Below, in pieces: positions 20,295-32,334 of a stretch of DNA of 64,000 nt (its first letter is position 1; every line of letters begins with the position of its first letter). The notes beneath the pieces were generated by a model, which ran no database searches, was not told the origin of the DNA, and saw only the letters and a program-made list of their open reading frames with translations. Both the position numbers and the translations under genes were made by a program. The stretch is from an uncultured Acidimicrobiia bacterium (GTDB lineage: Bacteria; Acidobacteriota; Terriglobia; Versatilivoradales; Versatilivoraceae): positions 320,001-384,000 of the forward strand of contig CAWBAT010000004.1 in the NCBI GenBank assembly GCA_963786955.1, read 5' to 3'.

Positions 20295-20516
20295 ATGAAG
20301 CGATTCGGGATTGGCATTCTCTTTGGCATCGGCGGTTATCTCATTGCTGCCGTGACAAGTTATTTTCTCGTGGAGATGTTATCGGGAAACACACATGATC
20401 GCGATGTCGAAGCGGCAATGACGAGCGTCTTTTTCATTGGTCCAATGGGCGGGATCGCTGCCTTCATTGCAGGCATGGTCTGGGGAAAACGATTCTCTGC
20501 GGCTTCGTTAAAGTAA
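20295..20516 (+). CDS. Small two-TM membrane protein
   Basis: AAGGAG RBS; two hydrophobic helices around NTHDRDVEAAMT. Confidence 0.7.
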   Translation: MKRFGIGILFGIGGYLIAAVTSYFLVEMLSGNTHDRDVEAAMTSVFFIGPMGGIAAFIAGMVWGKRFSAASLK

Positions 20517-20768
20517 TCGCCTAATCCAATCGAAAAAAGGCAGAATAGAAACTCCAAATGAATTCTTTACCGCAAACATGCAAAGGACGCATGAGCTCCG
20601 CCCCTCATCAATGCAGCCCGGTTGAAGGTCATCCTTTGTGGATGATCTGTGCTGAAGAGATTGCTTCCCTATCCGGTCCGCTAAGTCGAGAGCAAATGTT
20701 AAGAGAGCATCGAGAAATGCCCACAGTAAGAATTTAAATGATTGTCCCAAGGAAGAAGGATTGAGACC

Positions 20769-21632
20769 ATGAAAACTCCACTCAATTACTTGACGTCTCA
20801 GCAACAGGATGCGTATCGCGACTACGGCTATCATTTTCCGGTCCGTGCCCTTCAAGATGATGAGGCTGCCAAGTTGTGCCACTCTTTCATGTCCTATTAT
20901 GAGCAGCACAGCGAGCCCCTCAAGCAACTGCTCCCCAGGGACCGGCGTGCCTTTATGAGCGAGACCCATTTTTTCCTCCGCTGGGTCTATGAGCTCGTTT
21001 CCCATCCTCGTGTTCTCGACGCAGTGGAGTCTGTTCTCGGACCTGATATCATGGTTTGGAGCAGCCAATGGTTCCCCAAATTCCCAAACGACAAGGCCTT
21101 CGTGTCCTGGCATCAGGATGCGACCTACTGGGGGTTGACGCCACCAAACGTCACGACTGCATGGATAGCGCTGTCGCAGAGTACGCCGCAGAACGGTTGC
21201 ATGCGCGTTATTCCCGGCACTCACAAGACCCTTAATTTGCCGCAACGCGAGACTTATGGACCCGATAACATGCTGTCACGGGGCCAGGAAATTGCGGTCG
21301 AGGTGGATGAAGCGCACGCCGTCGATCTGATCCTGCGCCCAGGCGAATTGTCGCTTCATCATATCGGAATCATTCATGGGTCGGGACCGAATAACTCTGA
21401 CAGCCCGAGAATCGGTCTGGCGGTTCGTTATATATCACCGGATGTTATTCAGAACAGACTGGAGCATGACTTGGTTCTGCTGGTGCGCGGTAAAGACGAC
21501 CATGGAAACTTTGAGATCTCCGGTCCGCCCAACCGCGACATGGCCTACGGCGAATCTCCGATTCATACCGAAGCTTTGGAGCGCAAGGGCCGAAACCTCT
21601 TGCCGAAGAAAATCCTGCCTTCAAAAATATAG
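20769..21632 (+). CDS. Phytanoyl-CoA dioxygenase (PhyH) family Fe(II)/2OG dioxygenase
   Basis: WHQDATYW HxD motif, NGCMRVIPGTH, distal His in IIHGSGPN, RIG. Confidence 0.9.
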   Translation: MKTPLNYLTSQQQDAYRDYGYHFPVRALQDDEAAKLCHSFMSYYEQHSEPLKQLLPRDRRAFMSETHFFLRWVYELVSHPRVLDAVESVLGPDIMVWSSQWFPKFPNDKAFVSWHQDATYWGLTPPNVTTAWIALSQSTPQNGCMRVIPGTHKTLNLPQRETYGPDNMLSRGQEIAVEVDEAHAVDLILRPGELSLHHIGIIHGSGPNNSDSPRIGLAVRYISPDVIQNRLEHDLVLLVRGKDDHGNFEISGPPNRDMAYGESPIHTEALERKGRNLLPKKILPSKI

Positions 21633-21733
21633 TTTGGTGATAGTGAGCGGACTTCTCTTCGAGGAGAGTGCTATTTGATGAAGGAATCGAGGCGCTGCCC
21701 TCGCTTGTGACCGACAGCGCCTGCATTGAAGCT

Positions 21734-22303
21734 TTAACTTAGTTGAGCACTCATGTATGGTACTTCCGCTCTTTGAAAACCAATATAGCGGGGCGAAGAA
21801 GTCAAATGTGTTCTCAGAACCTGTCTTCCTCGACTCAATCGGGACATCACGGTGCCGATGGGAATATTCAGAATCTCGGAAATTTCTTTGTAGGAAAACT
21901 CCTGGACGTCCACCAACAAAATAATTTCCCGGAAAGCTTCCGGGACCTGATTAAGTGCGGCCAGGAGGTCTTCGTCAGTGAGATGTTCTTCTATGGGAGG
22001 TTCGTATGCCAAGGACTCCTTCAGATGCTCCTCACCATCCTCCACCCATTTGAAGTTAAACCATTTGCGGCGATGGTGATGGATCACATGAAAGAGAATT
22101 TTGAATAACCAAGCCCGACAATTGGTCCCGAGCTCAAACCGATGGAAGGATTTCCATGCTTGGAGAAAAGCTTCCTGGACCAAATCTTCAGCCTCGGCAC
22201 GATCCCCGATAACCCGTACCGCCGTCCGGTAGAGATCATCAAAATGTCGAAGAGCTTCGGCCTCAAAAGCCTCCATACTGACTTCACGCTTATCTGCAAC
22301 CAT
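21734..22303 (-). CDS. ECF sigma-70 factor (SigH/SigR-like)
   Basis: AEDLVQEAFL, GTNCRAWLFKIL, FSYKEISEILNIPIGTVMSRLSRGR; GGAGGT RBS before ATG 22303. Confidence 0.93.
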   Translation of the reverse strand: MVADKREVSMEAFEAEALRHFDDLYRTAVRVIGDRAEAEDLVQEAFLQAWKSFHRFELGTNCRAWLFKILFHVIHHHRRKWFNFKWVEDGEEHLKESLAYEPPIEEHLTDEDLLAALNQVPEAFREIILLVDVQEFSYKEISEILNIPIGTVMSRLSRGRQVLRTHLTSSPRYIGFQRAEVPYMSAQLS

Positions 22304-22342
22304 AAAAACACCTCCAACATTCAAGATAACTCTCGTCAGTCC

Positions 22343-22609
22343 TCAACTTGCAGCCGATCTCAATAATTCCGTGAGGAAGGGATTACAATTAATGAGTTTG
22401 ACTTGTCGCGCTAACAAATCCTTAAACAAGGTCACGCCACTCCTGTCCAGATAAAGCACGTCTCCTACATCGATAGTCAGCGATCCCTCTTTTTCCAGAA
22501 ACCGATGGCAGAATGTTTCAACTTCCGTTACAGAGGGGCCCACGACCTGACCCTCAAGTTTAATAATCGTTCTTCCATTCACCACTGGTACTTCTGAGAT
22601 CTTTACCAT
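22343..22609 (-). CDS. Small STAS-domain protein
   Basis: 88 aa; LTIDVGDVLYLDRSGVTL matches the STAS core with its conserved Ser. Confidence 0.75.
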   Translation of the reverse strand: MVKISEVPVVNGRTIIKLEGQVVGPSVTEVETFCHRFLEKEGSLTIDVGDVLYLDRSGVTLFKDLLARQVKLINCNPFLTELLRSAAS

Positions 22610-22643
22610 CGCCTAATTCCTCTCCGTGTTGCAGAAGGATCAA

Positions 22644-22659
22644 TGCAAGGTTCTAGCCA
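22644..22659 (-). promoter_or_regulatory. sigma54 -24/-12 promoter for the STAS-ECF operon
   Basis: Minus strand TGGCTAGAACCTTGCA = GG-N10-GC, about 35 bp upstream of the STAS start. Confidence 0.8.
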
Positions 22660-22745
22660 CGAGGAACTTGACAGTCTGAAATACTTCTAACTTATAGATA
22701 AATAAACTAATTATAATTACTTAAGTCAAAGGCGTCAGATGGACG

Positions 22746-22817
22746 CCACGGTATTTCGTGGTCAATGCATCGTGGGTTGGAGGTGGAACGTGAATGTAAA
22801 ACCACGATATTTAGTGG
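22746..22817. promoter_or_regulatory. Two palindromic upstream activator sites
   Basis: CCACG-GTATTT-CGTGG (22746-22761) and CCACG-ATATTT-AGTGG (22802-22817), about 90-160 bp upstream of the sigma54 element with an AT-rich tract between. Confidence 0.65.
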
Positions 22818-23021
22818 GTCGCAGGGAGAGGAGGGTTGAATCATGGACTAAATGCTCTATTTCACAGATCCAGTAAACCCGAATTCCTAAGTTGCGTGGG
22901 CGTCACTAGGTGGAGCGGGGCACTCCTGCGCACGCTCAATGAACGAGGCAAGGGGGGACGGCGGTCCCACGCGCGCCTTCTATGAAAGGTCGGCCTGGGG
23001 CAACTTCCACGGCTAGTGCAA

Positions 23022-26000
23022 TTAAAGCGAAGCGGATCGTTGGATGCCGAGTTTCTTCATGCGGCTGCGAAGAGTGTTGGGATGCAGGTTAAGGACCTTT
23101 GCAGCTCCCTTGAGACCTTCAATCACCCACTTTGTCTGATTGAGGACTTCCAGAATATGTTGGCGCTCGACCTCCTCCAAGGTTAGAGCATGGTCAGGGG
23201 CAGACCCCTGCGGGCCGGCGGGAAGCACGGAAGGTTTAACTGCGTTTGTGGGAGATGAGACTGCCGCTGCCTTGGCTATTGACGGCAGACTTGATCCCAG
23301 CGCCGGGAAAAGGTCGGGCTGTAGCGTCAGGACTGAACCCTGCGACAAAACCGCTACTCTCTCTAGGAGGTTCTGTAATTCGCGGATGTTGCCCGGCCAT
23401 GGATAGTGGACCAGTCGATCCATCGTTTCTTTAGAAACGGTTTCGACTTTCTTACCGAGTTTCTTTGAAAAACGGGAGAGAAAAAACATCACCAGCTGAG
23501 GAATATCTGTCTGACGCTCGCGCAATGGAGGCAGGGTGAGCGGGAATACATTGAGACGATAAAAGAGATCAGACCGAAAGTGGCCCGTACGCACCGCGTC
23601 TTCCAAATTGCGGTTCGTTGCAGCAATGATCCGGACATCGACACGCAAAGTCCGGCTGCTCCCCACGGGCTCAAATTCTTGTTCCTGAAGAACTCGCAAT
23701 AGTTTTACCTGAGTCTCCAGCGGCAGTTCGCTGACTTCATCGAGGAAGAGAGTCCCTCCATCGGCTAATTCGAATCGCCCACTGCGATTCTCGATGGCGC
23801 CGGTGAAAGCCCCTTTGACATGACCAAAGAGCTCGCTCTCTACAAGACCGGCGGAGATGGCGCCGCAATTAACTTTCACCAGAGGACGTTTTCTGCGCGG
23901 GCTCCGGTCATGGATGGCGCGCGCAATCAGTTCCTTCCCGGTTCCGGTTTCTCCATAAATTAGAATCGTGGCATCCGTGGGAGCCACCTGCTCGACTTGC
24001 CGCAATAAGCCTAGCAGAGGGGGACTACTGCCGACGATCTCTTCAAAATTGTGCTCCCGGCGAATTTCTTCCTGGAGATAGATGTTTTCGGCATGAAGTC
24101 GATTCTTGAGAGTTTCGACCTCGGCCAGGGCTGCCCTTAGGTTCTCTTCAGCGTGTAAACGCTCGAGTTCGGCGCCGGCTCGAGCGGCAAATATTCTCAG
24201 GATCGGCATGCCCTGGGCATCTTCGGCCATCGGCTTGTCATCCAGAACGGCGATGTGTCCGATGACGGAACCTGAGTCGTCAAATAAGGGAACACCCAGG
24301 AAACTTTGCGCTCCTAAGTCCGACGAGATCCTTGTCTTCTGGGAAAAGCAGCTGCAGATCATTACCAAAATAGCATGTGCTCCCCTCCAAAACCTTGCCG
24401 CAGGGCGTCGGAGCGACATCATATTCAAGGTTCTCACCGAAACCTCCGCCGATCCAAAAGGCGAGCATTCTGGCCCTCAGCTTCTCTTCACGTTTGCACT
24501 CGGTCACAAAGGCATAACGGGCCTGGAGAGCTGAGGCCAGGTAGCGAACCAGCGAGCGGAAAAAATCGGCACCGGTCACCGAAGCGGTTCCTTCCATCAC
24601 GGATCGAAGCATCTCCTCAGCCTTTTGCCGTTGGGCAACCTCTTGCTTCATGTCATCGTAAAGTCGGGCATTCTCCAGAGAAATGGCGGCTTGCGAACAC
24701 AGGATATGCATTACTTCCGTCCGGTCAGCCGTGAAGACGTTGGCGGCCAGATTATTCTCGAGATAAAGGATTCCTCCGAACTTCCCCTGGTGGACAACCG
24801 GCACACACAGAATTGATTTCGGGTGAGTCGAAGCGATATAAGGGTCTCCCAAAAATCGATCGTCAGCGTAGGCAGTGCCGAGCACCACGCTCTGGCCGGT
24901 TTTCTGAACGAAGTGGACTATGGCCTCAGAGAGTTTCCCGCTATTTTCGGCAGGAACTGCCTCCAGGACTGAAACGATGTCGTGATCAACGTTGCCTTCA
25001 GCCTGGATCACGAGCTTCCCCTCAAGCTCTTGCAAAAAGAGTCCTCGTTGGGCGCCGGCGTTTTCGATGGCTATTTTCATCAACTTTCGAAGCAGATCCT
25101 CCAGCTCGATCTCAACGCCAATGGCACGAGCGGCTTTCGTGACGGTCACGATATCAAGGGGAATTGGAGCACCCGGTGTGTCCAGTTTCTGTTCCCCGGT
25201 TTCTCTGAACTCAACAAGGGTTGTTGCCTGCGAAGGCTCGACAGAGATTGGACCCAACATCAGGTTGGAGAGCGATTCTTCAAGATGCCTGACTTTCGCG
25301 GCGGCACCCCACTGGGAATAGCGCTGGCGCGCTTTATCGAAATAGACGGAAGCAATATCACGATTAGCCTTCCGTCTCCAGAATCGGCCATAAAGCTCAC
25401 AAGCCAGCGCCTCATTATGGAGATTTTCCGTTACCCGGGCATACTGGATGGCCTGTTCAAAGATCTCTATGGCTTCTGAGGTTCTTCCCTGAATGCTCTC
25501 TATCTCGGCGCTGAGCAGGAGCGCCGCGCAACGGAAGTTCTCCGGACAGTTGCCGGCCAGAAGCGAGAGAGACTCTTGAATCTTCTCAACTCTAGCCACA
25601 ATCCTGCTTTGCTCGGCTTCATTCCTTTGGGAACACACTGCGGTTAGAGCCAGACCTTCAAACAAGTCTAAGTAGACCGGCCAGATCGTCCCCAACAGGT
25701 TATGAGCCATGCTTCGAGCGCAGCCTGCGGCTTCGTGAGCCTGCTCAAATTCTTCAAATAGGACGCAGAGATGCACCTTGAGAATGTAGTAATAAATGAT
25801 ACGGAAGGGATGGTTCCCGTAGGCTTGAATAAACGCCAATTCGTCAAAGCTTTCATCTGAGAACGAGGTCGGATGAGCGGTTCGGCCCTGAAGGGCACGC
25901 GCCCAGTTCTGGATCGCTTTCTGGGGAGGGATGAGGCCGGTCATTTTGAGCTTTTCAAGTAAAGCAAGGCTCGACGAACAGTCCCCAACGAACGATTCCA

Positions 26001-29000
26001 GGTTCCGGCAGACCAGCAGCGTATGCCAACATTCTGTAAAGGCTCCGTATCCAGCATAAGCAAAATCACCTGTCTCCAAACCGTAGCGAGTGGCTTCTCT
26101 GGCGTGCGGCACACAAGTTTGGAACGGACGCCGCCAAAGGTTGGCGTGGGCGTGAAATTGCTGATGAATTTTGGCTCGCCCTTTCCGGTCGTTAAAGCGT
26201 TCATTCACCAACAAAGCCAGCTCACCCCAGTCGTATGCGGACTTGTAGTCGCCCTTGACAGGACCCACGGTCACTGTGTGCGTTGCATATCCATAGGCAG
26301 ACTCCTCAGTGTTGCCGTGCTCTAAAGAGAGGCGCACCATAGTGGCGGATATGAGGCGGGTCAAAACTTGGTCTCCCCCGATATAAGCGGATGCCCAAAC
26401 GGTGGTTAAGACCTTCATCACGCTCTTCTGATCCGGGTCTTTCATAATCGGGAGCGCAATTAACGCATCGATGGCCCGCCCTCCTAGAAGCGCCTGGATC
26501 TTAGAAAGCTCCGTTTCCAAGGCAGCTTGTTTCCCTTCTGGAGAAGTGGGAAAGGAAACCCCAAACAGCGCCAATGCCTCTCGGCCACACTCAACGGCCG
26601 CTGCGTATTGGGATAGATTTTCGTATTCGAGAATCCTAAGACCGTACACTTGGGCTTTGTCCAGCCGAGTACGGGCATGTTTCAAAAGCAAGTCAAAATC
26701 GCGTTCGGCCTCGTCATAACGGCCGCAGAGGTATTGGCACTCGGCTGCCTCGATGTGCAGCGCGAACATCAAGGCATAATCTGAATTCCATTGGGACTCT
26801 CCGAGAAGACTCAGCCCTGCTGTGAGATGCTGGAGAGCTGCTTCAAAGGCCGTGGAAGATTTTGCTTTTTGACCGGCCTTGAGGTTGAGCTGAGCGACGA
26901 CGAGGCGTTCGTCATCGTCACGAATCAAACTGGCTCCACGGTTAAGATGGTGCACGACATCAAAGATCCTCTCGTCCGCACTGGCCGGATGACATTGTTC
27001 CAGCAACAAGCGGCCCACCGTCAGGTGAACCAGTTGCTTCCGTTCCTCGGGAATCAGGGAATAGGCCGCCTGCTGCACGCGGTCGTGCAGAAACGCATAG
27101 GATGGGTTCGGGCCCGACGAATCAGCTCCTGGGTCTGCAAGTTCTTCGTAGGGGAGGGCGACAGGTAAGATCAGTCCATTTTCCAGGGCCTGCTGAAGGT
27201 CATGACTTATCGTCATGGAAGATTGTTGGCTGACCATTGCCAGCGTATTCAAGTCGAAGAGGTTCCCAATGCAGGCTGCCAATGTAAGGCTATGCTGAGA
27301 TTCCTGAGAGAGCTGTTGGATCTTTTGGGTCATCAGGTCAATGACATTGTCCGTCATGGCGGCACGGCGAATCGCGTCGAGTTGATAAGTCCACCTGGCT
27401 TGTTCAAAATTGAACTGGAGGAATCCTTCTTGTTTGAGAGTTTTCAAGAACTGGATCACAAAAAAAGGATTCCCTTCAGTCTTCTCCAAAACCAGGCGGG
27501 CGAGGGGCTCCGCTTCTGAGTTTTCGCCATGAAGCGTGTCTCGAATAAACAGCGTGAGCTCGAAGAGTGGTAACGGGCCGAGGAAAACGCGATGGAGTTG
27601 CGCGCCGGCCGACTCGATTGACCTCAAGGTTCGGGCCAGCGGATGGCCGTCATCGACCTCGTTGTCACGATACGCGCCCATCAAAAAGAGGAACTGGATG
27701 TCCGGACTCGTCAGGAGCGGCTGGAGCAGGCTCAAGGTCGCCACGTCAGCCCATTGCAAGTCGTCCAGGAAGACTACCAGCGGGTGCTCCCGCTGGGCCA
27801 GGGCGCCTACGAAATTTTGAAATACGAGTTGAAAGCGGTTCAGGGCTTCCGTCGGGCCAATAACCGGTGCAGGCGGTTGCTTGCCCATAATCAGCTCGAT
27901 TTCGGGAATGACTTCGGCCAAAACACCACCGTTAGGTTCGAGTGCTTTGGAAAGACGGGCCCGCCACAGAGTCAAGCGCTCCTCGCTTTCGGTAAGCAAC
28001 TGTTGGACGAGCCCCCGAAATGCCTGGATCAAGGCGCCAAAGGGGACGTTTCGAACGACCTGATCGAATTTTCCGCTAATGAAATAGCCCCTCTGACAAA
28101 CGATGGGTTTATACAGTTCTTGAATCAGCGAGGTCTTGCCGATTCCCGAATATCCGCCCACCAAAATCATGGCGGTTGGACCTTGACAGGTTCGGTCGAA
28201 GGCTCCAAGGAGGAGCTCGACCTCCGCATCTCTACCATAAAGCTTTTGAGGGATGAGAAAGCGGTCCGAAACATCCAGCTGCCCCAAGGAAAAAGGCGCG
28301 ACGGAGCCGCGGGCCGTCCACTCTCGTTGGCAATGTTCCAAATCATTCACAATCCCCAGCGCACTCTGGTAACGTTCCTCCGCAGTTTTGGCAAGCAATC
28401 TCATCACGATTCCAGAAAGCGACTCAGGGATTTTGGGATCGACCTCAGCCGGGGCGCGGGGAATCTTGGCGATATGCCCATGGATTAGCTCAAGGCTGTC
28501 TTCTGAATGAAAAGGGGGAGCCCCCATCAGCATTTCAAAGAATACTACTCCCAAAGAATAGAAATCTGTTCGGTAGTCTGTGGCTCGATTCATACGCCCG
28601 GTCTGTTCTGGGGACACATAGGGGAGCAGGCTGCGCAGCGAATGGAGTGGCAGTGGGATGGGAGCATCACCGGAGTCTCGCGAGGCGAAGTTTAAATCGG
28701 CGAGAGTGACTTCCATGGTCGCTGGTTCCACCAGGATAGCCTGCGGACTCAGGCTCCTGCAGACGAGGTCTTGACGATGCAGCTCCCCCAGAATCTTAGA
28801 AAGCGGGATAGCGAATCTCAGAAATGACTCGACTCGCATTCGGCCCGGAATTAGAAGTTCTCGGAGCGGCCTCCCATGATGATCGTCCAATACCAGGCAG
28901 CAGTATTCATCGTTACAAATAAAATCATGGGCTCGTGGTATCCCAGAAACAGCCAGAGTTTTGAGCAATTCATACTCGCGCTTGAACAATTCTTTGTCCA

Positions 29001-29175
29001 CTGCTCTCGCGGGACGGCATCGCTGCACTTTCAGGAGAACGAGCCCCCCATCTCCCTTGGCCCGTCCCCGTAGCAGGCTATACCATTCACAAGACGAAAG
29101 TTCCTCAAAAATGTCGTAACCGGAAATCTTCAAAAGTGCCTCTGAGCAGATGTCTTTCTGAACCGATTGGGTCAA
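23022..29175 (-). CDS. Ser/Thr (pseudo)kinase-AAA ATPase-GAF-GAF-sigma54 activator-HTH fusion, frameshifted near 24320
   Basis: ORF 24280-29175 (YVSPEQTGRMNR, GYSGIGKT, LDDLQWAD, GAF) joins ORF 23022-24437 (GETGTGKE, GAFTGA, WPGNIREL, Fis HTH). Removing one base gives FPEDKDLVDLGAQSFLGVPL. Confidence 0.88.
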
Positions 29176-29500
29176 GGAACGACTAGAGCATTATCGTTGT
29201 TGCTAAATCATACCAGCAATGAACAATGGGACCACAGTGTTGAATGGGAGTTTTGTCCCCGCAAATGCTCTCATAATCAAAATTTGGAGTACTGATGCAC
29301 TGGCGCGTATCTTCAACATGTCCAAAAGTATCAACATGCTAACACCAGCTCTCGGGAGATTCAAGAAGAGCGGAGCTACCAAACGAGCCACCATCGCCCT
29401 CCGATCGTGGTCAAGACGAGGTGAGATTGAGATGAAAAGGCAGCCAGGATAATTTTCTAGATGGATCAGATTAAAATGGAAATCTGAGCGAAGCTGTGTT

Positions 29501-29737
29501 GGCAGCTTCCTGGCAGTTTCTACTTATTCGAGCGCAGAGGCGTTGGAGAACCAAAACAAAATGGTGCTATGGGACATAGACTCCAGTCGAAATTTGGGAA
29601 CTGTGACTGTTTCCGGCTTCTGCAATGCGCTGGCTATCTCCCCGGATAGCCAATGGCTTGTCATGGGAGGCATGGAATATGGTGGAGGACAGCCTACAGG
29701 CAAGATCAGGCTCTGGCGAACTTCCGAAATAATGTAA
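29501..29737 (+). pseudogene. C-terminal remnant of a WD40 gene paralogous to the next gene
   Basis: GSFLAVSTYSS...MVLWD...LAISPDSQWL...GKIRLWRTSEIM* parallels ...VTLWD...LAFSPDGQWL...GRIRLWRTSEIR*; no N-terminal part. Confidence 0.7.
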
Positions 29738-29784
29738 ACGTTCCGAAAACGAGTTATAATTTAACTTTGGGATTGGGACAAAGT

Positions 29785-30979
29785 ATGAATTGCGTTCATT
29801 GTGGTGCCTCCATCATTGAAAACGCCTTTTTCTGTAGCCGATGCGGAAAACCCACCACCAGCCCAACTGCGCATGTGGCCACTCGGGAAGCGGGTTTTTC
29901 GAAGATCGAACCCTTGAGCCCACTCAACACAGCCACTGCCACTGGGATGGCCAGAGACAACAGGGCCAGCGCTGCAGGGAAGAGAATCCTTACTTTGATC
30001 GGCCACTCGATGCCGATCTACTCGCTCGCTTTTAGCCCCAATGGTCGTTGGCTGGCATCCGGCGGGCTGGATAAGACTGCCAAGCTGTGGGATACAATGG
30101 ATGGGCTCGAATTACGCACATTCAAAGGGGCGTTGTATTTTACGTGTGTCGACTTCAGCCCTGATGGGCAGTGGCTCGCTCTGGCAGCGACAAACGGCTC
30201 TCCGATCAACGATGCCAAACTGGTTCGGAACAGCATCGACCTATGGGACCCGGCGCATCCCAGTGATCCACGCAGCCTGATCGGGCCCGAGGGCCAAGTC
30301 TTTTTCCTTAAATACAGCCCCGACGGACTCAGGCTCGCTTCCACCGATGGAGCCGCCGCCATCAACGTCTGGGACGTGGCCAGCGGAAGAATCGTAAGAG
30401 CCATCAAACAGAGTTGGATCCGTTCCAATCTTCTCGGTGGGGCGCGCGGTTCTTCCCTGGCCTTCAGCCCCGACGGGCGATTCCTGGCAACAAGATCTTG
30501 GCCCGTCACGCTTTGGGAATTATCCAGCGGGAAGGAAGTGAGAACCTTTGGACCGGAGTCTCTTTCCCCCTCCGTTTCTGCATTTCTAGGCTTCACTCCT
30601 CACGGGAAATCCCTTGTCGAAGCCAGGACGAATGGCACGATCAGAATCTGGGATGTAACAAGCGGAAAAGAAGAGGGCTATCTTGCAGACCCTCAGAAGA
30701 AGACTGGGGTCATTTTTAGCCTTCAATGCGCCGCACTCAGCTCGGATGGGAGGCTCCTAGCGGCTGCTACTGTTTCGAGCGGAGGTGAAAGAAAAAGAGA
30801 AGGTGACGCTCTGGGATTTAGCTGCCGGAAGTCCAGTAGGAACTTTGACTGGATTCCAATCTTGCGAGGCATTGGCATTCAGTCCGGACGGACAATGGCT
30901 TGCCGCTGGAGATATGTACTCTGCCGGAGGAGCGTCTTTGGGCAGGATCCGGCTCTGGCGGACCTCAGAGATTAGGTAG
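29785..30979 (+). CDS. Zinc-ribbon + WD40 repeat protein, frameshifted near 30781
   Basis: CVHC...CSRC ribbon; repeated LAFSPDG...LWD units; the last blade continues in ORF 30785-30979. Confidence 0.82.
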
Positions 30980-31169
30980 TCAGCTTATTCATAGGCACTA
31001 ATTGTTGTTCCCGGCGCCCCCCATTAGCCCCCTAAACTCAGCAAGTGGGGACTTGAGGTAGGGGTCGTTGCCGAATTTGCAGCATAGTCATAGATTAGGA
31101 GACCTGATCACCTAGCTAAAAGTTCCTATCCATAAGTCTGTTGATTTCTCAAGAGTATTCAAACCCTAG

Positions 31170-31341
31170 AGGTAATGCGTTAGTTACGGGGGGAAATCTG
31201 TAAGGGCAAGGCCTTCGGTGACGATTTGAGATTGTCGCTTCTGCAGCGGCTGAGTGGGTAGGGACGGACCGCCGGGCCGTCCGCGGCGCGCTCGGCGAGC
31301 GCGCCCTACCAGAAATTCCCCCGATAACTAACGCATAACCC
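31170..31341. mobile_element. MITE-like element, 172 bp, CTAG on both sides, with an internal GTAG REP
   Basis: About 38 bp imperfect terminal inverted repeats (AGGTAATGCGTTAGTTA.../...TAACTAACGCATAACCC); CTAG at 31166-31169 and 31342-31345; GTAG..CTAC hairpin pair at 31258-31309. Confidence 0.65.
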
Positions 31342-32229
31342 CTAGAGTCTATTCAGAAATCCACTCAATGCCGGGGCCAACTCAGACGCGAGCTGGAAAC
31401 TTTCCTGGTGATCGAGGGCTGAGACGATAAAAGCCAAATGGTCCTTGGTTTCGAACCCCACCGCGTCCAGCGAATCGAGACGATCCTGGTGAAGAGCCAC
31501 ACCTTCAGCATCAAGGCTTTGCACCCGGCTACCAGCCGGGAAACTGGCATTTTGCTTTTCCGTAATAATTACAGAAATTGCCCGCCCCTCATGCTTCAAG
31601 ACCAGATGAATAAATTTCCGGTCCTTGACCCGGCAACGATGGCCAGCGGAAACCTCAAAACTGCCGGGAATCCTTTCTTGGATCAAAGAAGCCAATCCAA
31701 AATATTCAGGACCCATTTCTTCGGCCATTTCTTCCGGAGTCATCACGATTTGATCGAAATGCGAATCGATCACGCAGTGAATATGATCGCCAACTCCAAT
31801 TCTCAGGATACTGGCAACCTGCTCAGAAAGACTAAGGTCTTGAGCGAGCTGTGAAGCTGATCTCGAATGAAGATTGGGTTTATAAAGACGAAATCCTGCC
31901 CATCCGCTTAAACACGCCGCTAATATGGCTGCCGCGACTAGAGCCCAACGGCCCCTAGGAGCATTCTCTAGGCGAGCGGACGCCTTTTTTCGAATAGTCG
32001 CTTGAATTCTTTCAGGAAACCCGACAGGGATTTTTTCGGACTGGACTGCTTCCCGTAAACGAGCCTTCATGCAAAGCCTCTCGCGCAAGGCCTCGGAACA
32101 CCGAGGGCAAGTTTCCAGATGTTTCGAAATTTCCTGGTTCGTCTCGGCCTTCAATTCGTTAGTCAGGTAAGCATCCAGATTTCTTAGCGTTCGCTCGCAT
32201 GATTTGTCTTGCAGGGGGATTACGTTCAT
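31342..32229 (-). CDS. Zinc-binding (ZAS/zf-HC2) transmembrane anti-sigma factor
   Basis: C...LDAYL..EL...HLETCPRC (HxxxCxxC); one TM helix; extracytoplasmic domain with DHIHC and GHRC. Confidence 0.87.
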   Translation of the reverse strand: MNVIPLQDKSCERTLRNLDAYLTNELKAETNQEISKHLETCPRCSEALRERLCMKARLREAVQSEKIPVGFPERIQATIRKKASARLENAPRGRWALVAAAILAACLSGWAGFRLYKPNLHSRSASQLAQDLSLSEQVASILRIGVGDHIHCVIDSHFDQIVMTPEEMAEEMGPEYFGLASLIQERIPGSFEVSAGHRCRVKDRKFIHLVLKHEGRAISVIITEKQNASFPAGSRVQSLDAEGVALHQDRLDSLDAVGFETKDHLAFIVSALDHQESFQLASELAPALSGFLNRL

Positions 32230-32304
32230 CGAACTAATTTTCCCTCCTTCGCCTCTTTAAGAATTTTGGCCTTGCTTGGGCTCTGGCAAATCCATTCCCA
32301 TGAA

Positions 32305-32334
32305 TTGAATACCCCGCCCGGGGCGTAATATTCC
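32305..32334 (-). promoter_or_regulatory. Putative ECF promoter (anti-sigma)
   Basis: GGAATATTA...GGTATTCAA, GGAAT-N16-GGTAT. Confidence 0.6.

Noticed and set aside
22900-23020. Decayed inverted element CACTAG-GTGGA...TCCAC-GGCTAGTG
   Set aside because: Too degenerate to call
24300-24340. Programmed frameshift producing two forms of the activator
   Set aside because: No slippery sequence, and five similar indels elsewhere point to error
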